This document shows positions 56,447-64,000 of a DNA stretch of 64,000 bases, piece after piece; within the stretch, counting starts at the first letter, position 1; every line of letters starts with the position of its first letter. This stretch comes from Candidatus Latescibacterota bacterium (GTDB taxonomy: Bacteria > Latescibacterota > UBA2968 > UBA8231), in assembly GCA_965203175.1 (NCBI GenBank), contig OZ241867.1, positions 1,504,001-1,568,000 on the forward strand. Direction: 5' to 3'. Below the pieces are notes generated by a model. The model was not told where the DNA came from. It was given only the letters and a program-made list of their open reading frames with translations, and ran no database searches. Made by a program: the position numbers and the translations under genes.

Positions 56447-57826
56447 ATGCCCGTATCTAGACGCCAGTTCCTCAAAAGCGCCGCAGCCGTTTCCATCGGC
56501 TTTGCTGGCCTCCATCGCCATCTCGCGTGGGGCGCTCCAGCGCCCGAAAATAGCTTTGGACCACTCGTGCCCGACCCCGGAGGCATCCTCGACTTGCCCG
56601 AGGGATTTAGCTATCGGGTTCTCGCACGCGCCGGCGAACTCATGGACGATGGCCTGCGATTGCCGGGCGCAGCCGACGGGATGGCTGCCTTCCCCGGGCC
56701 AGAGGGCCGCGTCGTTTTGGTGTGCAACCAAGAGCTGAGCCCCGGGTCGAAAGAAGCCGGAGCCTTCGGCGACGACAACGAAAATCTGGACAAACTGCCC
56801 AAAGAAGATCTGTACGACTGGGGCCAAGGCCAGATGCCATCCTTGGGCGGCACCACGAACATCGTGTACAACGCGCAAACCGGCGCAGTAGAGCGGAAAT
56901 TTCTCAGCTTGGCCGGCACGGTGCGCAACTGCGCCGGCGGGCCGACCCCTTGGCACAGCTGGATTACCTGCGAAGAGACGGCCCAGCGGGTCGAAGGGCC
57001 GATCGAAAAAGACCACGGCTACAACTTCGAGGTCCCCGCCACCGCAGAAATCGGTCGCGCCGCGCCCGTGCCGCTCAAGGCCATGGGGCGCTTCGTGCAC
57101 GAGGCCGTCGCCGTAGATCCCCGCTCGGGAATCGTCTATCAAACCGAAGATACCGGCGACAGCTTGATCTACCGCTACATCCCCGACGCACCGGGCAAAC
57201 TAATAGCCGGGCGCCTGCAAGCCTTAGCCGTAATCGACCATCCCGGCTTGGACACCCGCAACTGGGACAAAGAGCTGGTGCGCCCAGGCGAGCCGCTCGC
57301 CGTGCGCTGGGTCGATATAGAAAACGTCGAATCGCCGGACAACGACTTGCGCATTCAGGGCTTTGAGGGCAAGGGCTGCGCCCGCTTTGCCCGCGGCGAG
57401 GGCATGTGGTACGGCCGCGACGCGATTTACTTTGTCTGCACCAGCGGCGGCCGCAAAAAGAAAGGCCAAATCTTCCGCTACCATCCCAGCCCGCACGAGG
57501 GCACGGCCGATGAGAGCAAGGCACCGGGGACGCTCGAACTGTTCGTCGAGCCGAACGACGGCGACCTAGTCGACAACGCCGACAACCTCACGGTCTCGCC
57601 CTTCGGCGATTTGATCGTCTGCGAAGACGGCAGCGGGGAAAACAACCTAGTCGGCGTAACGCCCGCAGGCCAGATCTACCGCTTCGGGCACAACCGCATG
57701 AACAATTCCGAATTCGCCGGCGCGACCTTCTCGCCCGACGGCCAAGTGCTCTTCGTCAATATCCAGCATCCCGGCACCACGCTGGCCATCTACGGCCCCT
57801 GGGATCAGCGGCAGTCTGACGGCTAG
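56447..57826 (+). CDS. phoX: PhoX/DUF839 alkaline phosphatase, Tat-exported
   Basis: SRRQFLK Tat motif; NCAGG.TPW..W.TCEE, GRF.HEA, YQTED, RGEG, DN..V, CED, EFAG..FSPDG..LFVNIQHP. Confidence 0.9.
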   Translation: MPVSRRQFLKSAAAVSIGFAGLHRHLAWGAPAPENSFGPLVPDPGGILDLPEGFSYRVLARAGELMDDGLRLPGAADGMAAFPGPEGRVVLVCNQELSPGSKEAGAFGDDNENLDKLPKEDLYDWGQGQMPSLGGTTNIVYNAQTGAVERKFLSLAGTVRNCAGGPTPWHSWITCEETAQRVEGPIEKDHGYNFEVPATAEIGRAAPVPLKAMGRFVHEAVAVDPRSGIVYQTEDTGDSLIYRYIPDAPGKLIAGRLQALAVIDHPGLDTRNWDKELVRPGEPLAVRWVDIENVESPDNDLRIQGFEGKGCARFARGEGMWYGRDAIYFVCTSGGRKKKGQIFRYHPSPHEGTADESKAPGTLELFVEPNDGDLVDNADNLTVSPFGDLIVCEDGSGENNLVGVTPAGQIYRFGHNRMNNSEFAGATFSPDGQVLFVNIQHPGTTLAIYGPWDQRQSDG

Positions 57827-57965
57827 CTCTTCAAGTCCATAGGATTCTCTGCTGGCCGCACCCGAGTCCGGCAAGCGATACAGCGCTGTGTAGTATTCTG
57901 CACAGCGCTTTTTGCATCACGCGCTTGTCTTCTCTGAAGATTGGGCTGGTACGCCGATTGCAGGG

Positions 57966-57995
57966 GTAGGGGGCGGTTTGCAAACCGCCCCCTAC
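57966..57995. repeat. Perfect 30-bp GTAG-type palindrome (REP-like)
   Basis: GTAGGGGGCGGTTTG/CAAACCGCCCCCTAC, intergenic. Confidence 0.8.
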
Positions 57996-58047
57996 TCTTA
58001 TATTTTCTGCTCCGCAAGGTGCTATCACGCCGATCCAATCCTCTCGA

Positions 58048-59982
58048 ATGACCAAGCATAAAAACGCCCTCCTTCTCAGCGACGCCTCCTCTCTCAAGCC
58101 TCCCCCAGCCGTTCTCGACGCCGCGCTGACTCGGCTCGGCTTTGAGCGCTTCCTGCCCGGCCAACGCGAAGCCATCGAAACCCTGCTCGACATCGGTCGT
58201 CTGCTTTTGGTCGCCCCCACCGGCGGCGGCAAGAGCTTGACCTATCAGCTACCCGCAGCCCTCCTGCCGGGCACGGCCTTAGTGGTCTCGCCGCTCATTG
58301 CCCTGATGCACGATCAAGTCCAAGCGCTACAGCGGCGCGGCGTCGCCGCCACGTACCTCTCCTCCACTCTCGACGGCGATGAGTTGCGCCGCCGCATGTA
58401 CGGAGTCGCCCAAGGCCAGTACAAGCTGGTCTATGCCGCGCCCGAGCGACTGACCTTTCCTGGCTTCCGCTCTATCCTGAGCCAGATCAAGTGCTCGCTT
58501 ATTGCCGTGGACGAGGCCCACTGCATCAGCGAGTGGGGCCACGACTTTCGGCCCGAGTACTTGCAGATTGGCGAGTTGGTCCGCGAGTTGCCCGACTGTC
58601 GGGTCCTCGCCTGTACCGCCACGGCCACGCCGGTGGTGCGCGACGAAATCCTCGAACGCCTCGGGCTGCCGAGCGACACCCCACAGCTAGTGCGCGGCTT
58701 TGCCCGGCCCAACCTCTCGCTGCGAGTCGCCGAAATCAACAGCGCTGCTGAGCGCCGCCAGCGGATTGATGCGCTGCTGGCCGAAGCACTCGGTGCGCCC
58801 GACCAAAGGTTAGGTACCGCCATCGTCTATGCGCCCACCCGCAAGGGCACCGAGGAAGAAGCCGCCCGCCTCCAAGGGGATGGCTGGCAGGTAGCCGCCT
58901 ATCACGCGGGCATGGCAGGGCCAGACCGCGACGCCGTTCAGCGCGCCTTTATGCAAGACCAAATCCAGATCGTGGTGGCGACCAATGCCTTTGGCATGGG
59001 CATTGACCGCGCCGATGTGCGCGCCATCGCCCATCTGGCCCCGCCTAGCTCGATTGAAGCGTACTATCAGGAAGTAGGCCGCGCCGGGCGCGACGGCCAA
59101 GACGCCTACTGCCTGCTGCTGGTCTCCCCCGGCGACATGCCACTGCGACGCCACCTAATCGAAAGCGATGCCAACGGCCGCGCTCCCGACCAAGCGGTGG
59201 TCCAGCACAAGTGGAACCTCTTTTTGGAACTGATGCGCTGGAGTGAGGGCGGGTCCTGTCGCCACGACGCGATCCTGCGCTACTTCGGCGACGAGGAGGA
59301 AACGCTCGCGGGCTGCGGACGCTGCGACGTCTGCCGTAACCTCTCCCATGCCGAGGCGGGCGACGCCACAGAAGTCACCACCACCGTGCGCAAAGCCCTG
59401 TGCGCGGTCGCCCGCCTGCACGGACGCTACGGCATCCTCATGGCGGCTAAGCTCCTGCGCGGCACCACGGACGCTCGCCTTGCACGCGACGGCTTAGATC
59501 GGACCCCGACCTTTGGCATCCTCAAGGAACATTCTGAACGGTGGCTTTTGCAGCTTCTGCGCCGGCTGGTCACGGCCGGTTGGGTCGATTTTTCCGGCGG
59601 CGAGCGGCCGGTCGTAATCCTCACGGAGGAAGGACGCCAAGTCATTCACGCCGAGCGGCCCGCGCGCCTGCTCCTGCCGCCGAAGTCAGCCCCGCTCCCA
59701 GCAGCCCGCACTGCACGCGTCCGTCCTCCCACCCCCGACCCCGGCGGGAATTTTGACGAAAAAGCTCAAGCTCTCTTCGATGCACTGCGCCATCACCGCA
59801 TGACGCTGGCCCGCGACGAAAAGGTCCCGCCCTACGTCATCGCCAGCGACCGCACGCTCCGCGATATCGTCCTGCTGCAGCCCGCCAACCTCGAAGAACT
59901 CAAGCTGGCGCACGGCATCGGTCCGGCCAAAGCCGAAAAATACGGCGACGGCCTGCTCGCCATCGTCCAACAAGCCGCCTAA
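58048..59982 (+). CDS. recQ: ATP-dependent DNA helicase RecQ
   Basis: PTGGGKS, VSPLIALM.DQV, DEAHCISEWGHDFRP, TATA, ATNAFGMGID, YYQE.GRAGRDG, Zn CR...CG.CD.C, RQC and HRDC domains. Confidence 0.95.
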   Translation: MTKHKNALLLSDASSLKPPPAVLDAALTRLGFERFLPGQREAIETLLDIGRLLLVAPTGGGKSLTYQLPAALLPGTALVVSPLIALMHDQVQALQRRGVAATYLSSTLDGDELRRRMYGVAQGQYKLVYAAPERLTFPGFRSILSQIKCSLIAVDEAHCISEWGHDFRPEYLQIGELVRELPDCRVLACTATATPVVRDEILERLGLPSDTPQLVRGFARPNLSLRVAEINSAAERRQRIDALLAEALGAPDQRLGTAIVYAPTRKGTEEEAARLQGDGWQVAAYHAGMAGPDRDAVQRAFMQDQIQIVVATNAFGMGIDRADVRAIAHLAPPSSIEAYYQEVGRAGRDGQDAYCLLLVSPGDMPLRRHLIESDANGRAPDQAVVQHKWNLFLELMRWSEGGSCRHDAILRYFGDEEETLAGCGRCDVCRNLSHAEAGDATEVTTTVRKALCAVARLHGRYGILMAAKLLRGTTDARLARDGLDRTPTFGILKEHSERWLLQLLRRLVTAGWVDFSGGERPVVILTEEGRQVIHAERPARLLLPPKSAPLPAARTARVRPPTPDPGGNFDEKAQALFDALRHHRMTLARDEKVPPYVIASDRTLRDIVLLQPANLEELKLAHGIGPAKAEKYGDGLLAIVQQAA

Positions 59983-60005
59983 CTCACTCGTCTGGAGAAC
60001 ATTTC

Positions 60006-60977
60006 ATGGCTACAATTCGCTGGGGTATCATCGGCTGCGGCGACGTCACAGAAGTAAAGAGCGGCCCAGCTCTGTACAAGACTCGCGATTCCGAACTGGT
60101 GGCAGTCATGCGCCGCGACGCAGACAAGGCCCGCGATTATGCCGCGCGCCACGGCGTGCCCAAGTGGTACGACCAAGCCAACGCACTCATCCGCGACCCA
60201 GATGTCGATGCAGTCTATATCGCGACGCCCCCGGACACCCACGCGCACTACACGGCCCAAGTCGCCCACGCCGGCAAACCTGTTTACGTCGAAAAACCAA
60301 TGGCGCGCAACCACGGCGAGTGCTTGGCAATGATCGACGCCTGCCTCCAAGCCGGAGTGCCGCTTTTCGTCGCTTACTACCGCCGCGCCCTGCCCGCTTT
60401 CCTCAAGGTCCAGTCGCTGGTCGAGGAAGGAGCCATCGGCGCGGTGCGCTTCGCCTCCATCGCCCTTTACCAACCCGCGTCAGAAGATCCCGACGACCTG
60501 CCCTGGCGCGTCGTCCCAGAAATCTCGGGCGGCGGCTATTTCTTCGACCTAGCCTCGCATCAGCTCGACTTCCTCGACTTTCTGCTCGGCCCCATCGCCC
60601 ACGCCTCGGGCCACGCCACCAACCAAGCCGGGCTCTACCGTGCCGAAGACGCCGTTACCGCCAGCTTCGCCTTCGAATCCGGCGCACTCGGCGCAGGAGT
60701 CTGGAACTTCGCTGCGGATCAGCACTGCGACCGGATCGAAATCGTCGGCGACAAGGGCCGGATCGCCTTTTCCACCTTCGCCTTCACCCCGGTCGAATTG
60801 ACTACTAATGCCGGGACCCAAACCTTCGCCATCGACCCGCCCCAACACGTCCAGCAGCCCTTGATCGAGACGATAGTCGATGCCTTGCTGGGCCGGGGCG
60901 AATGCCCTAGTACCGGAGCAAGCGCCGCCCGCACTAGCCAAGTCATGGACCAAATCGTTCACGGCCATGCCGCCTAA
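60006..60977 (+). CDS. Gfo/Idh/MocA oxidoreductase
   Basis: WGIIGCG, DAVYIATPP, YVEKP, AYYRR, GGG.F.DLASH.LD. Confidence 0.93.
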   Translation: MATIRWGIIGCGDVTEVKSGPALYKTRDSELVAVMRRDADKARDYAARHGVPKWYDQANALIRDPDVDAVYIATPPDTHAHYTAQVAHAGKPVYVEKPMARNHGECLAMIDACLQAGVPLFVAYYRRALPAFLKVQSLVEEGAIGAVRFASIALYQPASEDPDDLPWRVVPEISGGGYFFDLASHQLDFLDFLLGPIAHASGHATNQAGLYRAEDAVTASFAFESGALGAGVWNFAADQHCDRIEIVGDKGRIAFSTFAFTPVELTTNAGTQTFAIDPPQHVQQPLIETIVDALLGRGECPSTGASAARTSQVMDQIVHGHAA

Positions 60978-61235
60978 ACCCCATGTCTTTGAAGCATCGA
61001 TGACTTTGCCCCTAGTCAAACGCTAGCTCACACGCATCTTTAGCAGGCGATTCGCGAACTATTGCTCCACTAACGCTGCACCTTTCGCCGCAAAATTACT
61101 CCCCTTTTCCGCCATTTTTGTCGTCTTAATCTGACAACTTTGCAAACAACGCTTGGGCAAGGGCCTAAATTTTCTTATTTATATAAACTTGCTCTCGCAC
61201 GCATTCCACCTATCGCACCTAAAAGGGGGTTCGAC

Positions 61236-62528
61236 ATGCTGGTTCGCAGAAAGCGGGGCCTCCTTGCCCTGCTAGCTTTTATTTTTCTCGCCATTCCCAA
61301 TGCCACCTTCGCCCAAGACGCGCTCGACACCGGCGACACGGCCTGGATTCTGATTTCTACCGGCTTGGTTCTCTTTATGATGATCCCCGGCTTGGCCATG
61401 TTTTACGCTGGTCTGGTCCGCACCCGCAACGTGCTCTCGGTCTTTATGCACTGCTTTGGGATTGCGGCTCTGATCACGGTCTTGTGGACCATTTTCGGTT
61501 ATAGCTTGGCCTTTACGGCCAGCAACCCCTTCATCGGCAACCTGTCCAAGTCCTTTCTCAGCGGCGTCACTGTGGATAGCCTCTCGGGCACCATCCCGGA
61601 ATTGCTCTTCTTCGTCTTCCAGATGACGTTCGCCATTATCACCCCTGGGCTTTTTGTCGGTGCCTTTGCCGAGCGCATGAAGTTTTCGGCCGTGCTGTGG
61701 TTCACTGGGTTTTGGTGCGTTTTGGTTTATCTGCCCATCACGCACATGGTCTGGGGAGAAGGCGGCTACTTGGGCGCAATGGGCGTCTTTGACTTTGCCG
61801 GCGGCATCGTCGTCCACATCACCGCCGGGGCGGCCGCGTTAGTAGCCGCGATCCTCGTCGGCAAGCGCACCGGCTATCCCGAGCAGCCCATGCCCCCGCA
61901 CAACATGACCATGAACCTCGTCGGTACGGCCATGCTGTGGGTGGGGTGGTTCGGCTTTAACGGCGGCAGTGCCTTGGCGGCTAATGGGCAGGCGGCTATG
62001 GCGGTCGTGGTCACCCAAATCTCGCCCAGCGTTGCGGCGCTGACGTGGATTTTTATCGAATGGATCAAAAACGGCAAACCCAGTGCCCTCGGTTTTGCCA
62101 CCGGCGCCATAGCCGGGCTAGCGGCCATTACCCCGGCCTCGGGCACAGTGGGGCCGCTCGGCGCTTTTGCCATCGGCCTATGCTCCGGTGTCGTCGCCTA
62201 TTGGGCCGCCACCTGGCTCAAGCGCACCTGCGGGTACGACGACGCACTCGACGTAGTGGGGGTTCACGGCTTCGGCGGCTTGGTCGGGATTTTGTTGGTG
62301 TCCTTCTTCGCCTCGACCACCTTGGGCGGCACCGTCGAGGGCCTCAACATGGGCAAGCAGTTCGGCATCCAGGCCTTCGCCGGTATCGGCGCAGCCGTTT
62401 ACACCTTAATCGTCTCGTTTATCATTCTCAAGGTCATCGACTTAGTCAGCGGCCTGCGCGTAGATGAAGAGACCGAGACCAGCGGGCTCGACGTGGGCGA
62501 GCACGGCGAAGTCGGGTACGACCTGTAG
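61236..62528 (+). CDS. amtB: Ammonium transporter
   Basis: DTAW, PGLA.FY.G, FQMTFA.IT, AERMKF, DFAGG.VVH, LW.GWFGFN.GS, ITPASG, DDALDV..VHG. Confidence 0.96.
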   Translation: MLVRRKRGLLALLAFIFLAIPNATFAQDALDTGDTAWILISTGLVLFMMIPGLAMFYAGLVRTRNVLSVFMHCFGIAALITVLWTIFGYSLAFTASNPFIGNLSKSFLSGVTVDSLSGTIPELLFFVFQMTFAIITPGLFVGAFAERMKFSAVLWFTGFWCVLVYLPITHMVWGEGGYLGAMGVFDFAGGIVVHITAGAAALVAAILVGKRTGYPEQPMPPHNMTMNLVGTAMLWVGWFGFNGGSALAANGQAAMAVVVTQISPSVAALTWIFIEWIKNGKPSALGFATGAIAGLAAITPASGTVGPLGAFAIGLCSGVVAYWAATWLKRTCGYDDALDVVGVHGFGGLVGILLVSFFASTTLGGTVEGLNMGKQFGIQAFAGIGAAVYTLIVSFIILKVIDLVSGLRVDEETETSGLDVGEHGEVGYDL

Positions 62529-62545
62529 TTCGCGGCCCAGTAGTC

Positions 62546-62565
62546 CGTCGCCAGAATTGGCGACG
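62546..62565. other. Short hairpin downstream of amtB
   Basis: CGTCGCCA-GAAT-TGGCGACG; no U-tract. Confidence 0.35.
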
Positions 62566-62594
62566 CATGGCTCGCCGCTTGGATGGGGGCTTCC

Positions 62595-63437
62595 ATGGAT
62601 GCTTCTTGCTTGCAGTACGCGTTGACCGAGGCTGAACGCCTAGAGTTTGCACAGCGCGGCTACATCGTCTTCGACGAGATGCTGCCTCCCAACGTGGTTG
62701 ACGCACTCTTGGAAGTCTCCGACCGAATTGACGCGGAGGAACGCCAAAAGCGCGGCGTCGGGCCCTACGACCGGCTGACCGTCCGCGACATGGTTTGGCG
62801 CGACGAGCGCTACCTAGACTTGGTCGATTGGCCCCGAGCACTGCCCAAAATCTGGGGAACTCTCGGCTGGAATATCCAAATCTACCACACCGTCCTCGCC
62901 TACAGCCCAGCCGCCGAGCCCGGCAACCAGCAAGTCGAGATGCAGGGCTGGCACCAAGACTCGGATCGCGTCAACCACGAGATCGAGTCCAGCCCCCGGC
63001 CGCGGATTTCGGTCAAGATGGCCTATTTCCTCAGCGACTGTTCGGCGGCAGGCCGCGCCAATTTCTGGGTCGTGCCCGGCAGCCATCTGCTGGACGCGTA
63101 TGACATCCCCGACGACGGCTCCTTGCCCCACAACGCCGTCCCCGTGCTGGTACCGCAGGGCGGTGCGGTGCTCTTTGACCGCCGGATCTGGCACTCGGCC
63201 AGTTCCAACGTCTCCGCTGTTGCCCGCAAGGTGCTCTTCTACGGGTACTCCTATCGCTGGCTCCGTCCCCGCGACGACCAGACCGTCGAACACCTTTTTG
63301 AGCGCTCAGACCCGATCCGTCGCCAGCTACTAGGGTACGCGCCCACCGGCGGCTACGGCTACACCTCGCCCACGGATGAGGACGTTCCACTGCGCGTCTT
63401 TCTGCGCCAACATCTCGGGGCCGAAGCCGCAGCCTAA
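62595..63437 (+). CDS. PhyH-family dioxygenase
   Basis: LTEAERLEF...GY, GWHQD, K.AYFLSD, VPGSH, LFDRRIWHS..N....RK.LF.GY. Confidence 0.9.
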   Translation: MDASCLQYALTEAERLEFAQRGYIVFDEMLPPNVVDALLEVSDRIDAEERQKRGVGPYDRLTVRDMVWRDERYLDLVDWPRALPKIWGTLGWNIQIYHTVLAYSPAAEPGNQQVEMQGWHQDSDRVNHEIESSPRPRISVKMAYFLSDCSAAGRANFWVVPGSHLLDAYDIPDDGSLPHNAVPVLVPQGGAVLFDRRIWHSASSNVSAVARKVLFYGYSYRWLRPRDDQTVEHLFERSDPIRRQLLGYAPTGGYGYTSPTDEDVPLRVFLRQHLGAEAAA

Positions 63438-64000
63438 TGCGGGCGTTGGTCACCGGCGGCACCGGCTTTGTCGGCGGAGCCTTGGTCCGCGCCCTCATCG
63501 CTAGCGGCACCCAAGTCCGAGTGCTGGCGCGGCCCACTAGTCAGACCGAGGCGCTAGAGGCCCTAGGCGTCGAAATCGTCCGCGGCGACATCCTCATCCG
63601 TGCAAGCATCGAAGCCGCGCTCGCAGGTTGCGATACCTTCTTCCACGCTGCGGCGCTCTACGACTTGTGGGGACTAGACGAGGCCGAACTCCTGACCACT
63701 GAAACCGAGGGGACTCGCAATGCCATGGAGGCGGCATTGTCAGTCGGCGTCGCCAAGGTCGTCTATACCAGTACCGCCGCCTGCATTGGCGAGGCCAAAG
63801 GCCAAGTCGCCACCGAGACAACGGTTCATCGCGGCTACTTTCTCTCGCGTTATGAAAAGGCCAAATACGCAGCCGAGCAGGTGGCGTTCGCGTATGTGGA
63901 CAAAGGAGTGCCGCTCATCTGCGTCCAGCCCGCTGCTATCTACGGTCCGGGCGACCGCAAACCCTCTGGGCGCTTTATCATTAACCTGCTCAACGGTTGG
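63437..64000 (+). CDS. NAD-dependent epimerase/dehydratase (HpnA/dihydroflavonol reductase-like), truncated by window end
   Basis: Starts at the TAATG overlap; MRALVTGGTGFVG, FHAAALY, VYTST, YEKAK (YxxxK), P..IYGPGD. Confidence 0.9.
   Translation, partial: MRALVTGGTGFVGGALVRALIASGTQVRVLARPTSQTEALEALGVEIVRGDILIRASIEAALAGCDTFFHAAALYDLWGLDEAELLTTETEGTRNAMEAALSVGVAKVVYTSTAACIGEAKGQVATETTVHRGYFLSRYEKAKYAAEQVAFAYVDKGVPLICVQPAAIYGPGDRKPSGRFIINLLNGW

Noticed and set aside
25571-59982. topB, tag, comM, EndoQ-UvrD and recQ as a single DNA-repair or defence system
   Set aside because: They are spread over 34 kb among unrelated genes; only topB and tag are adjacent.
61061-61100. NtrC-like half sites upstream of amtB
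   Set aside because: Poor match to TGCACC-N5-GGTGCA and no sigma54 element downstream.

Overview
GC-rich (roughly 60-65% by eye) bacterial chromosomal window with about 57 CDSs and no rRNA, tRNA or CRISPR that I can recognise. It is dominated by catabolic enzymes: ten PhyH-family Fe(II)/2-oxoglutarate dioxygenases (two with H-x-G instead of H-x-D, one fused to HEAT repeats), UxuA-like and IlvD/Edd dehydratases, enolase-superfamily enzymes, three HpcH aldolases, 2-hydroxyacid dehydrogenases, and a Na+:solute symporter. It also carries a Na+-pumping decarboxylase (oadG-B-A) with birA, DNA-metabolism genes (topB, tag, comM, EndoQ/PHP-UvrD fusion, recQ), rfbA, phoX and amtB. The gene content suggests, by inference only, a marine or sponge-associated uncultured lineage such as Latescibacterota/Poribacteria-like bacteria. 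There are two accessory hotspots. The first (13.4-17.8 kb) holds a Bdr-like KID-repeat membrane-anchored protein, a PcfJ-like gene, a chimeric relic duplication, an IS3 element without a target duplication, and an AT-rich orphan. The second (34.5-37.7 kb) holds a 59-bp synonymous-diverged duplicate of a PhyH 3' end, an 11-bp tandem repeat, and a lower-GC two-gene module whose second gene looks like an ADP-ribosyltransferase-fold toxin; this module is my best candidate for an undescribed TA/defence system. CCWGG also appears eroded to CCAAG/CTTGG/CCTAG/CTAGG. All family calls come from motif recognition by eye, not database searches.
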